A DNA stretch of 56,843 bases from a virus. Taxonomy: Duplodnaviria; Caudoviricetes. The stretch is taken from the IMG/VR virus record IMGVR_UViG_3300037424_001259, positions 1 to 56,843 of that record. One strand, given 5' to 3'. Both the position numbers and the translations under genes were made by a program. Of the stretch, positions 1 through 7,471 are shown piece after piece. Position 1 is the stretch's first letter. The number at the start of each line of letters is the position of its first letter. The notes beneath the pieces were generated by a model that made no database searches, had not been told where the DNA came from, and was given only the letters and a program-made list of their open reading frames with translations.

Positions 1-1
1 T

Positions 2-544
2 GGTCGTCCAAGAAACCCAGGCCATAACCCAGAAAAAACCCATGGGTTAATTTTGGCTAACCCAGGCCATAACCCAAACCATAACCCAAACGAAACCCTA
101 TCTTCTTCTTCTTCTTCTTCTTCTTCTCCTTCTTCTTCTCCTCCGCCACCTCCTACTCCAACTAAGAAACGAACAAAGGGGCTTCGCCCTGGGATAGAGT
201 ATGGCGAGAACTTCTTGAAGTTCTGGATAGCCTACCCGAAGAAGAGCAAGAAGCCAGATGCCTGGGAGGCGTGGGTTTACAACTCCTGCGATGAACTCCT
301 CGAGCAGATCCTTTCGTCACTGAAGTGGCAGTCGGTGTCTCACGACTGGACGAAGGAGGCCGGCCAGTTCATCCCGTTGCCGGCGTCGTACCTGAACGCG
401 AGGCGGTGGGAGGACGAGCAGGTGGTGCCGGTGGGGGCGGCGGGGATCCCGCTGGCGAAGCTCGGGAGGTTTGGGCAGGAGGCGATGGTGGCTGGGAACG
501 ACTGGCTCGAGAGCAGGAAGCGCAAGGAGGAGGCGGGTGAATGA
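2..544 (+). CDS. Phage replication initiator (lambda O/DnaD-like replisome organiser), 5' end truncated by the window
   Basis: Frame is open from base 2 (GRPRNPGHNP...). It has a Ser/Pro linker and a C-terminal motif F..FW.AYPKK..K..A..AW ... QFIPLPASYLNARRWEDE typical of phage initiators. Confidence 0.8.
   Translation, partial: GRPRNPGHNPEKTHGLILANPGHNPNHNPNETLSSSSSSSSSPSSSPPPPPTPTKKRTKGLRPGIEYGENFLKFWIAYPKKSKKPDAWEAWVYNSCDELLEQILSSLKWQSVSHDWTKEAGQFIPLPASYLNARRWEDEQVVPVGAAGIPLAKLGRFGQEAMVAGNDWLESRKRKEEAGE
14..140 (+). repeat. Iteron-like repeats inside the initiator gene (putative replication origin)
   Basis: AACCCAGGCCATAACCCA at 14-31 and 59-76, further CCATAACCCAAAC copies to 91, palindrome AACCCATGGGTT at 37-48, then a (TCT)n tract at 101-140. 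Confidence 0.6.
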
Positions 545-1619
545 AAGGCTCCATGTCGACCTCTTCTCAGGACTCGCAGGGTTTGCTTTGGCCGCTCGAG
601 CCAACGGACTCCGAACCGTGCAGTTCTGCGAGATCGACCCTAAGTGTCGAGCCTTCCTTGCCCGAGCGTGGCCCGGAGTGCCAATCCACGACGACATCCG
701 CACCTTCGGCGCAGATTGGGGCGTGGCCGACGGTTCTTGCGAGGGACGACGGGAAATCGCTGGAGGCGCATATGGCGATGAAGGCGAGGATGCCGGGCGG
801 GGCGCGAAAAACGATCACGAGTCTTCAGGTGATGCTAAAGGCGGGATCTATCTCCTCACGGGCGGTCCCCCTTGCCAGCCCGTGTCCGTCGCCGGCAAGC
901 AGCGAGGACGCGAGGATGACCGCTTCCTCTGGGACGAAACTATTGCCGCTATTGCCCGCGTCCGGCCCACTTGGTTCCTGCTTGAGAACCCTTCTGGAAT
1001 CCGAGTACACCTCGACGGAATTCTCGCTGCTCTGGAAAGCGCAGGCTACGAAGTCGGGACGGTTGACATTCCGGCTTGTGCCGTCAACTCGCCACACAGA
1101 AGAGCGAGATACTGGCTCATTGGACGCAGAACCATGGATAACCCCGACACAGGACTCCAGCGCCAGAAAGGAGAAGTACGCACAGGGCGGGCAGAGTCTC
1201 GGGTATCAGTTGAACAAGCAGAGTTCCTGGCCGACGCCTGCCAAGAGGGACGAGAAGGGCCAGACGCAACACCCCGAGCGGATGGACTATATCCCGAACA
1301 TCATGAAGGCAAACTGGCCCACACCGACGCGGCGGGATTGCGGGGAGAGCCGAACCAGCACAGAGGGGACAGCTTTAAAGAGATTCGCGCAAGGGAAGAG
1401 AAACCTCGACGACGGGCTGGCACTCAGTGGGACTCCTGTGTCTGGTTGTCTTGCGCGGACGGAAAGCTTCGTCGTGCGCCTGACGACTCTTTCGGCCTGG
1501 TTGATGGGCTACACCGCTCAGTACTTGGCGCTCTGGGAAACAGCATCGTCCCGCAAATCGCCGAGAAAATCATAGCGGCGATGATCGAAGCAGACAAGGA
1601 GTTACAAAATGCTGAATGA
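537..1619 (+). CDS. DNA (cytosine-5) methyltransferase, catalytic (alpha) polypeptide
   Basis: GTG start at 537 after AAGGAGG. Motifs I (DLFSGLAG), IV (GGPPCQ), VI (ENP), VIII (HRRARYW) and X (LGNSIVPQIA) are present; motif IX is absent from this frame. Confidence 0.9.
   Translation: MNERLHVDLFSGLAGFALAARANGLRTVQFCEIDPKCRAFLARAWPGVPIHDDIRTFGADWGVADGSCEGRREIAGGAYGDEGEDAGRGAKNDHESSGDAKGGIYLLTGGPPCQPVSVAGKQRGREDDRFLWDETIAAIARVRPTWFLLENPSGIRVHLDGILAALESAGYEVGTVDIPACAVNSPHRRARYWLIGRRTMDNPDTGLQRQKGEVRTGRAESRVSVEQAEFLADACQEGREGPDATPRADGLYPEHHEGKLAHTDAAGLRGEPNQHRGDSFKEIRAREEKPRRRAGTQWDSCVWLSCADGKLRRAPDDSFGLVDGLHRSVLGALGNSIVPQIAEKIIAAMIEADKELQNAE
541..1575 (+). CDS. Overlapping +1-frame methyltransferase beta polypeptide (TRD repeats plus motif IX)
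   Basis: 344-codon open frame, ATG coupled to the initiator stop (ATGA). Contains four W(P/I)T(P/V)..(R)D repeats and a C-terminal RLTTLSAWLMGY motif IX-like segment. Confidence 0.75.
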   Translation: MKGSMSTSSQDSQGLLWPLEPTDSEPCSSARSTLSVEPSLPERGPECQSTTTSAPSAQIGAWPTVLARDDGKSLEAHMAMKARMPGGARKTITSLQVMLKAGSISSRAVPLASPCPSPASSEDARMTASSGTKLLPLLPASGPLGSCLRTLLESEYTSTEFSLLWKAQATKSGRLTFRLVPSTRHTEERDTGSLDAEPWITPTQDSSARKEKYAQGGQSLGYQLNKQSSWPTPAKRDEKGQTQHPERMDYIPNIMKANWPTPTRRDCGESRTSTEGTALKRFAQGKRNLDDGLALSGTPVSGCLARTESFVVRLTTLSAWLMGYTAQYLALWETASSRKSPRKS

Positions 1620-2319
1620 GGAGAAGTTCGTCGAAGTGATCGCGATGTTCTGTGAATTCCTTGGCAGGCCGATGCTGTCGAAGATGTCCCTGGATTTCTA
1701 CTACGACTCGATCAAGGAGATGGAAACCGACGCCTTCACGAGGCGGGCGACGGAGATCTACCGCGGCCGCAAGTACAGCACACTCCCGACGGCCGCCGAC
1801 TTCCTGAACCTCCCAGACGACCAGGATGCCGGGATGTTGGCCGCCGAAACCGTGATCAGGCTCATGGAAGCGATCGGCGGCGATGCCGACCTGCAGCACG
1901 AGGATCCGGTGCTGATGCTCGCCGTGGACGCGATGGGCGGCTGGGTGGCTTGCTGTGAGGCCGTGAGCCAGTACGAGATTGACAAGCTGGGGATCTGGAA
2001 GCGGGACTTTGCCGCGGTCTACAAAGCGTCGGCCAGGCGGGACCAGGCCCGGGCGCCACAGGTTCTGTTCGGCCGCCACAGCCAGTCGAACATCACCCGC
2101 GGCTACCTGAACCCGTCGACTGGGGAGCTGAAGAACCTGATCGGCGAGACGATCGAGGTGAAGCCCTGGGGAGACAAGGCCCTCCCCGGCGGCCCGGTGG
2201 CTCTCCTTCAGGCGAAGACGGAACCCCTGCCGGCCGAGGAGCTGCAGTCGATGTTCCGGGGCCTGAGCGAGAAACTGGACGCGGAAAGGGCGGTGCCGGC
2301 GGAGATGATGAAGCCATGA
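1609..2319 (+). CDS. Replication-associated protein (DUF6475 / helicase-loader-inhibitor-like)
   Basis: Motifs LPTAADFL and DPVLMLAVDAMGGWVACC...RDFAAVYK; lies downstream of the initiator. Confidence 0.6.
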   Translation: MLNEEKFVEVIAMFCEFLGRPMLSKMSLDFYYDSIKEMETDAFTRRATEIYRGRKYSTLPTAADFLNLPDDQDAGMLAAETVIRLMEAIGGDADLQHEDPVLMLAVDAMGGWVACCEAVSQYEIDKLGIWKRDFAAVYKASARRDQARAPQVLFGRHSQSNITRGYLNPSTGELKNLIGETIEVKPWGDKALPGGPVALLQAKTEPLPAEELQSMFRGLSEKLDAERAVPAEMMKP

Positions 2320-2489
2320 CCTCCCCCTGGACCCCCGAACTCCACATCAAGCTGGCCCTCGGCCACCTGGAGGCGGCCGTGAAGCTCCTCAAGCTCGAGC
2401 ACACCGACGACGGCTACGGATCCAAGCCCCGGGCGCTGCGCTTTGCAGAGAACGCCCTGCTGGCGCTGAGTCAGGCGGCGGGGAAGTGA
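2316..2489 (+). CDS. Small hypothetical protein (57 aa)
   Basis: ATGA-coupled to the upstream stop; MTSPWTPELHIKLALGHLEAAVKLL... Confidence 0.55.
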   Translation: MTSPWTPELHIKLALGHLEAAVKLLKLEHTDDGYGSKPRALRFAENALLALSQAAGK

Positions 2490-2649
2490 GCATGAAATCC
2501 TCACTCCAGCGCCTCCTTGCCACCTTCCGCCGCATCAAGACGGTTAAGGTTTGCTGGGCCATTCAGAAAGAAAAGTCCAGAGGAAGACGCCTCCCTGACC
2601 CTCACAGAGCCATCACAGAGCATGCGGTTTTCTGCATATTGGTGTTGAT

Positions 2650-2943
2650 ATGACCCAGTTTGAGTCCTTCATCGTCGCCAACGGCAAGGAGCAGCGGGTC
2701 CCCGGCGAGCCTCTGACCAGAGACAACGTCCTCGAGTACCTACAGCAGTGCGCCGAAGAACTCACTGCCGCGGCGATCCCTTCGTGCGAGCGCTGGCTGT
2801 TCCTGCCCGCCTACTTCACAGACCCTCACCGCTCTCGCCGCGGCCGCAGGTCCAAAAAGCGAGTCCAGAAGAAGCTCGTGATCTGCCCGGCCTTTCTCAA
2901 GGGCACGCGCTGGTGGAGAGGAAAACTGGAGGAGGAGAAATGA
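2650..2943 (+). CDS. Hypothetical protein
   Basis: ORF in the coupled operon; stop overlaps the next start. Confidence 0.6.
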   Translation: MTQFESFIVANGKEQRVPGEPLTRDNVLEYLQQCAEELTAAAIPSCERWLFLPAYFTDPHRSRRGRRSKKRVQKKLVICPAFLKGTRWWRGKLEEEK

Positions 2944-3242
2944 AGCACGCCACCATCCTCAACCAAGGAGACGCAGTTTTCACAAAGTCCGAGCGCTGGG
3001 CGATGGTGCGTCGACTGGCCCTGGCGTTCCTCGTCCTGGCCATCGCATCGTTCTTGTTTGGTCAAAGCCGCGGCCACACCCAGGGGCTCGAGCAAGCCTC
3101 GATGTCGAACACGGCAAAGGTCGCCAGCCTGAACAAGCAGCTCGAGGCGTGCGACGAAATCAAGAAGGCGGCCCTGGCGCTCGAGCAAACGCCGAGCGGG
3201 AACAGGACCGTGGCGGGACAACTTTTGGCGAAGGGGGATTGA
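2940..3242 (+). CDS. Hypothetical membrane-anchored protein
   Basis: GGAGG SD, ATG at 2940, one hydrophobic helix (LALAFLVLAIASFLFG). Confidence 0.6.
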   Translation: MKHATILNQGDAVFTKSERWAMVRRLALAFLVLAIASFLFGQSRGHTQGLEQASMSNTAKVASLNKQLEACDEIKKAALALEQTPSGNRTVAGQLLAKGD

Positions 3243-3246
3243 AGGG

Positions 3247-3501
3247 ATGAGCGACGACATCATCGACTTCCTCATCAACGCAAAGGAGATGTATAAGAAG
3301 GAGGCCGGACGATACCCGACGACGATCACGATGACATCGGCGACGAAGCAGAGGATCCGTGCGGCGGCGGTTGCTACCGGTTGCAACGTGTTCAAAGACC
3401 CGAAACACTTCGGCGATTACATCCTGGGAATGAGGATTGAAGTCGACGATTCCGTGAAGGACGTGCAGTTAACGATCGACCCAAGCAAGGAGGAGTGCTG
3501 A
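3247..3501 (+). CDS. Hypothetical protein
   Basis: SD present and operon position. Confidence 0.6.
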   Translation: MSDDIIDFLINAKEMYKKEAGRYPTTITMTSATKQRIRAAAVATGCNVFKDPKHFGDYILGMRIEVDDSVKDVQLTIDPSKEEC

Positions 3502-3857
3502 TGGAAGCGCAGGATCAAGTATCTCTCACGACGTTGGCCCGGGGCGGAGCAATCGAGCGGTTCGATGACGAACTGCGGCGCGTGCTCGAGAACATCATGG
3601 ATCCGAATACCGGAATCGGAAAGCGCAGCGTGACCGTCACCGTTGTTCTCAAGCCGGCGGAAGACAAGCGCAGTGCGGTCGTCTCGATCGCCTGCACGAG
3701 CAAGGTCCAGGGCGCCGAGCCGACCAGCACGATGCTCTTCATCGGGCGGGCAAACGGCAAGGCCGCGGCGATGGAACACAACCCTGAACAGATGGCGATG
3801 GCGTTCAAAGACAAGACGGAGAAGATTCCCTTTCAGACCGCAGAAAGAGGCAGGTAA
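3501..3857 (+). CDS. Conserved phage protein (first of a common two-gene pair, often annotated replication-terminator-like)
   Basis: Motif LARGGAIERFDDELRRVLENIMDPNT...KRSVTVTVVLKP. Confidence 0.7.
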   Translation: MEAQDQVSLTTLARGGAIERFDDELRRVLENIMDPNTGIGKRSVTVTVVLKPAEDKRSAVVSIACTSKVQGAEPTSTMLFIGRANGKAAAMEHNPEQMAMAFKDKTEKIPFQTAERGR

Positions 3858-4582
3858 TGCTTAAAGCCCTGTTCGACGCTGTCCGCCAGAGCGCCACTCC
3901 GGTCCTCGTGGATGTTGATGATCGGACGTACTCGACCGAAATACTTCATCCGGTTCTTCTTCCGACCCCGAAGACGCTCGAGGTCTCGAATCTCTCGTCG
4001 CTCGTCGAGTATGTGAAGAGCGTTGGCCCGAGTGACACTGGTGGGGGTTCGTCGGACTTCATCGTCCATGTCCAGTCGCCAACACAGGCCGTCGTTATCT
4101 CCGAAACCTCTGGCGAGTTTGAAGACCGGGCGACCTTCCTCAAGGCCACCGAGTCCTGCTTATGGAAAAGCGCTGGTATGTGGATGACCCCCGAGGAGTT
4201 CATCGTCATGATCCAGTCGCAGTTCATCCAGGACGAGACGACGGACAAGATCCTCAAGGTCGTCGGCAACATTGAGGACGCGGCCGTGACACGTTTCAGC
4301 GACGATGGCGTGACGCAGCAGGTCACGGCATCCGTCGGCGTTGTCCGGCGTGAACAGGTGGCGCTTCCGCCGCGGGTAGCGCTCGCGCCGTTCCGGTCGT
4401 TCTCTGAGGCCGAGCAGGCTTTGTCCCCATTCATCCTACGCATGAAGTCTGGAAAGGGTGAAGCCCCGCCGGCGATCGCGCTCTTCGAGGCCGATGGCGG
4501 CGCGTGGAAGAACATGGCGATGCGGTACATCAAGGCCCACTTGATCGAGAAGCTCCCGGAAGGAGTTGTGGTTCTGGCATAA
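3857..4582 (+). CDS. Conserved phage protein (YfdQ/DUF2303-like partner)
   Basis: Motifs DDGVTQQVT, LAPFRSFSEAEQ and ALFEADGGAWK; TAATG coupling to the upstream gene. Confidence 0.7.
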   Translation: MLKALFDAVRQSATPVLVDVDDRTYSTEILHPVLLPTPKTLEVSNLSSLVEYVKSVGPSDTGGGSSDFIVHVQSPTQAVVISETSGEFEDRATFLKATESCLWKSAGMWMTPEEFIVMIQSQFIQDETTDKILKVVGNIEDAAVTRFSDDGVTQQVTASVGVVRREQVALPPRVALAPFRSFSEAEQALSPFILRMKSGKGEAPPAIALFEADGGAWKNMAMRYIKAHLIEKLPEGVVVLA

Positions 4583-4700
4583 ACTGTTTCGCCTGGGCCG
4601 TGCGAGTCACGAACGCCAGACAGAGCGGGCGCGTAGTGCGGCAAGAGCCATACGACGGCGGCCCGGGCGATTTAACTTCGCAAGAAACGGAGGAGCGGAC

Positions 4701-5180
4701 ATGACGAAGAGGAAGAGAGACTACGCGACCGAAAAAGCGAACCTGATTGCGAAAAAGACGAGCACCGCAAGGATCGCGAACAAGCCGCTGGTCAAGACCA
4801 AACCCTACATCTCCAAGGCCCCGGCCAAGACGAAGGATGCAGTAGAAAAGCAAACGAGTCCGCTGCACTTTCCGACAACAAGCGACGTGATGACTACCGA
4901 GAAGTACAAGACAGTATCTGAAGTTTTTGCCGTCGCCATGAAGTGCGACTATTGGAAGGCCAAGGCCCTTGGATACAAAGATGCCTTGCAGCAGCAACAG
5001 AAGGGCCTGTCGCGGATGAAGAAGAGGTTCGACCGGATAAACGCGATCGTCGCGAAGCGCGAGAAGGCCGCGGCTGCAGAACGGGCGATCGGCAAGGAGA
5101 TGGCCAAGCGCCTCGACGGCATCCGAATGTTCACGGATTCCGCGGTGAAGGTCGAGAAGGTCGAGAAAAAGGCGGAGTAG
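4701..5180 (+). CDS. Basic coiled-coil hypothetical protein
   Basis: GGAGGAG SD before ATG 4701. Confidence 0.6.
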   Translation: MTKRKRDYATEKANLIAKKTSTARIANKPLVKTKPYISKAPAKTKDAVEKQTSPLHFPTTSDVMTTEKYKTVSEVFAVAMKCDYWKAKALGYKDALQQQQKGLSRMKKRFDRINAIVAKREKAAAAERAIGKEMAKRLDGIRMFTDSAVKVEKVEKKAE

Positions 5181-5184
5181 GCTG

Positions 5185-5493
5185 ATGAAGCAGGCTGTGG
5201 TCTACACCCGGGTCAGCACTGCGAAGCAGGCTGATGACGGCGTCAGCCTGGACGCACAGCGCGAGCGGGCCCTTGCCTACTGTGCGTTCAACGGCTTCGA
5301 GGTGATCGCCACTCTCGAGGACTCCGGCATCTCAGGCTCGAAGATGCACACCAGGCCGTCCCTGCTCCGGGCTATCGAAGCGGTCTGCAAGGCAAAAGGG
5401 GTCTTGGTCGTCTACAGCCTCTCGCGCATGGCCCGGAGCACCCAGGACGCCATGACCATCCGGATCCTGATGCAGGAGGAGAAGAAGGGGTGA
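5185..5493 (+). CDS. Truncated serine recombinase (catalytic domain only)
   Basis: YTRVST catalytic motif, SLDAQ, SG..RP.L and LVVYSLSRMARS; stops at 102 aa before helix E and any DNA-binding domain. Confidence 0.8.
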   Translation: MKQAVVYTRVSTAKQADDGVSLDAQRERALAYCAFNGFEVIATLEDSGISGSKMHTRPSLLRAIEAVCKAKGVLVVYSLSRMARSTQDAMTIRILMQEEKKG

Positions 5494-5675
5494 AGCGCAC
5501 GGAAAGCGCCCCGTGGTGTGTAGCGAAGGTCATGTGCAACAAATGCGGCCACGTCATGGTTTCTGTGTACCCAGCGGGAGAAGACTTCGAGAAGCACGAA
5601 TGTACAAAATGTCACGCAAAGAGTAACACCTTTATCGAGGGGCTTGGCAAAACATTTGGAGGAGCGAAGCGATGA
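5490..5675 (+). CDS. Small zinc-ribbon protein
   Basis: CNKC ... CTKC; GTGA coupling. Confidence 0.6.
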   Translation: MKRTESAPWCVAKVMCNKCGHVMVSVYPAGEDFEKHECTKCHAKSNTFIEGLGKTFGGAKR

Positions 5676-6145
5676 GACTTTCAGCGAACGAGCGGTACGA
5701 AATAGAGGCGTCGGCATTTCGTATTATGACGGGGCACATGGCTCCGGGGAAGTCCGCTTCGCCGATGTCCTACCCCGCGCCACATGAGGAGCGGCGGGCA
5801 GCGTGGGAAGAGTGGATCGAGAAGCACGGGGAAGTGATCCGGGCGCTGATGCGCGGAATCGAGGATTTCTTCCCTGATTCTGATCAAACGGGTTTTTGCC
5901 CGGACCCGAACGACAAGAACGACGACCACGTTGACCACGCAGCGGCGGAAGAGAAGAGCGTCCCGCCACCCGAGCTTTCTGTCCCCGCCGTTGAACTGAC
6001 TCCCGACTGCGTTCCCGGTCAGTTCGTGACCTGGACTGACGTGCAGGGGTGGACATACACCGGGACACTCAAGGAGTGGGACAACGGGACGGCTATTATC
6101 GAGTGGCCGATGATTCAGACGCCGCTGATTGCGGTAAGAGGGTAG
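5672..6145 (+). CDS. Hypothetical protein
   Basis: ATGA-coupled ORF with SD. Confidence 0.6.
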   Translation: MRLSANERYEIEASAFRIMTGHMAPGKSASPMSYPAPHEERRAAWEEWIEKHGEVIRALMRGIEDFFPDSDQTGFCPDPNDKNDDHVDHAAAEEKSVPPPELSVPAVELTPDCVPGQFVTWTDVQGWTYTGTLKEWDNGTAIIEWPMIQTPLIAVRG

Positions 6146-6150
6146 AGAAC

Positions 6151-6249
6151 ATGAAGACGCTGAAAATGCTCGTCCTTGCCGCTCTGCTTTGCTCGTTGTT
6201 TCTGACCGTCGCCGGTTGCCGCCTGGAAGACTGGGTTTTGATAAAATGA
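6151..6249 (+). CDS. Very short lipoprotein-like peptide (possibly a truncated gene)
   Basis: MKTLKMLVLAALLCSLFLTVAGC resembles a lipoprotein signal with lipobox, followed by only 9 residues. Confidence 0.4.
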   Translation: MKTLKMLVLAALLCSLFLTVAGCRLEDWVLIK

Positions 6250-6545
6250 TCTGCATTGTTCGATCTAGGGCGTGGATCACATTGGAATTCAAGTTGCAAG
6301 ATGTGTGGCTCGGTGCTTTTTGGTGTCATAAGTCAGCGAATTACACCGCCATTGGGCATGGCCACTGTGTGCGAGAGCGAGGCATCCGGGGGATCATCGA
6401 GAAGCGCGAGAAGCAACTCGATTCCGACCACAAAGTCCGCATGGCGATGGCAGAGCGACTCGACGCCGTGCGTGCGTTCACGAACCCGGACGCGAAGGTG
6501 ATGCGGTTCAGCGAGACGGCGAAGATGCCGGAGTCCGCGGCGTGA
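6246..6545 (+). CDS. Hypothetical chimeric protein; C-terminus paralogous to 4701-5180
   Basis: IIEKREK...MAERLDAVRAFT aligns with IVAKREK...MAKRLDGIRMFT. Confidence 0.5.
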   Translation: MICIVRSRAWITLEFKLQDVWLGAFWCHKSANYTAIGHGHCVRERGIRGIIEKREKQLDSDHKVRMAMAERLDAVRAFTNPDAKVMRFSETAKMPESAA

Positions 6546-6751
6546 GTCGTCAAGAGGCGGACTCCGGCGTCGTCTGGCCGACACCAGAGGTCATCGACTC
6601 CGCTCCGCTCTGGCTGGTGCGCCAGTTCTGGAAAGATCTACCGAAGCGCCCAGAGAATGAAAAGCAGGAGCAAATTCTCGAGAGAATTGCTATAATTTGT
6701 GAAGCGCATGGGTTGGTTGACGCTGACGGAAACTTGAAGGAGATTGCATGA
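6542..6751 (+). CDS. Hypothetical protein
   Basis: Coupled on both sides. Confidence 0.55.
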   Translation: MSRQEADSGVVWPTPEVIDSAPLWLVRQFWKDLPKRPENEKQEQILERIAIICEAHGLVDADGNLKEIA

Positions 6752-7098
6752 AGCACAAGGACATCGCTCGCGTGGCCCATCAGGTGAACCGGGAATATTG
6801 CAAAGCCCTCGGAGACATGAGCCAGGTCCCCTGGGAGCGGGCGCCGCAGTGGCAGCGCGACTCGGCCATCATGGGCGTGAAGCTGCACGCCGACAACCCC
6901 AAGGCCGGCCCGGAGACTTCGCACAAGTCCTGGATGGCACAGAAGGCCGCAGAGGGGTGGGTCTACGGCCTCGAGAAGAATCCTGTCCTGAAGACACACC
7001 CCTGTATGCTGCCTTTTGACCAACTCCCCGTCGAACAGCAGGCGAAGGACTTCATCTTCCGCGCCATCGTCCATGCGCTGAATCGGCAGAGGCCATGA
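6748..7098 (+). CDS. RyR-domain protein
   Basis: SHKSWM..K..EGWVYG..KN...KTHPCMLPFDQLP.EQQAKD matches the phage RyR-domain signature. Confidence 0.85.
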   Translation: MKHKDIARVAHQVNREYCKALGDMSQVPWERAPQWQRDSAIMGVKLHADNPKAGPETSHKSWMAQKAAEGWVYGLEKNPVLKTHPCMLPFDQLPVEQQAKDFIFRAIVHALNRQRP

Positions 7099-7310
7099 TG
7101 AAAGGCGGATTTTACCTGGAAATAGAGCACGACAAGAAGAGCGGGTCCGTCGAGATCATGCAGAAAAAATACGACGCCCGCGGGGAATGGACGTGCTTCG
7201 GCAGCATCTCACTCCATCATCTCGAAGCGGCGTTTCTTTCGATTGCGCTGGAGAAACACCTGCAGGACAAGCGCAGAAAGACGATCTTCGTCGGCAAGGA
7301 TCGGAAATGA
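7095..7310 (+). CDS. Hypothetical protein
   Basis: ATGA coupling. Confidence 0.55.
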   Translation: MMKGGFYLEIEHDKKSGSVEIMQKKYDARGEWTCFGSISLHHLEAAFLSIALEKHLQDKRRKTIFVGKDRK

Positions 7311-7468
7311 AATACATCGTGCGTCCGCATATCCTGCACTGTGATTCCCCAGCGTGCTCGTTGCGCTCGCACCTGATTTTTCCGGGAAGAGATGCGTATC
7401 AGATGGATAACGGAAAACTGTTTTGTGAAGAGTGCGCGGCGGCGACTGGGCCTTTGCCGGCGAGGTAG
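7307..7468 (+). CDS. Small Cys-rich protein
   Basis: CDSPAC ... FCEEC; ATGA coupling. Confidence 0.5.
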   Translation: MKYIVRPHILHCDSPACSLRSHLIFPGRDAYQMDNGKLFCEECAAATGPLPAR

Positions 7469-7471
7469 GAC

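Noticed and set aside
101-140. (TCT)n tract as a phase-variation switch
   Set aside because: The trinucleotide unit keeps the frame and encodes the usual Ser linker of initiators.
5185-5493. Serine recombinase as the enzyme for the cassette array
   Set aside because: attC recombination is tyrosine-recombinase chemistry, and this ORF lacks DNA-binding regions.
2316-7468. A second attC array among the left-arm small genes
   Set aside because: These genes are mostly joined by start/stop overlaps, and I found no TAAC...GTTA palindromes by eye.
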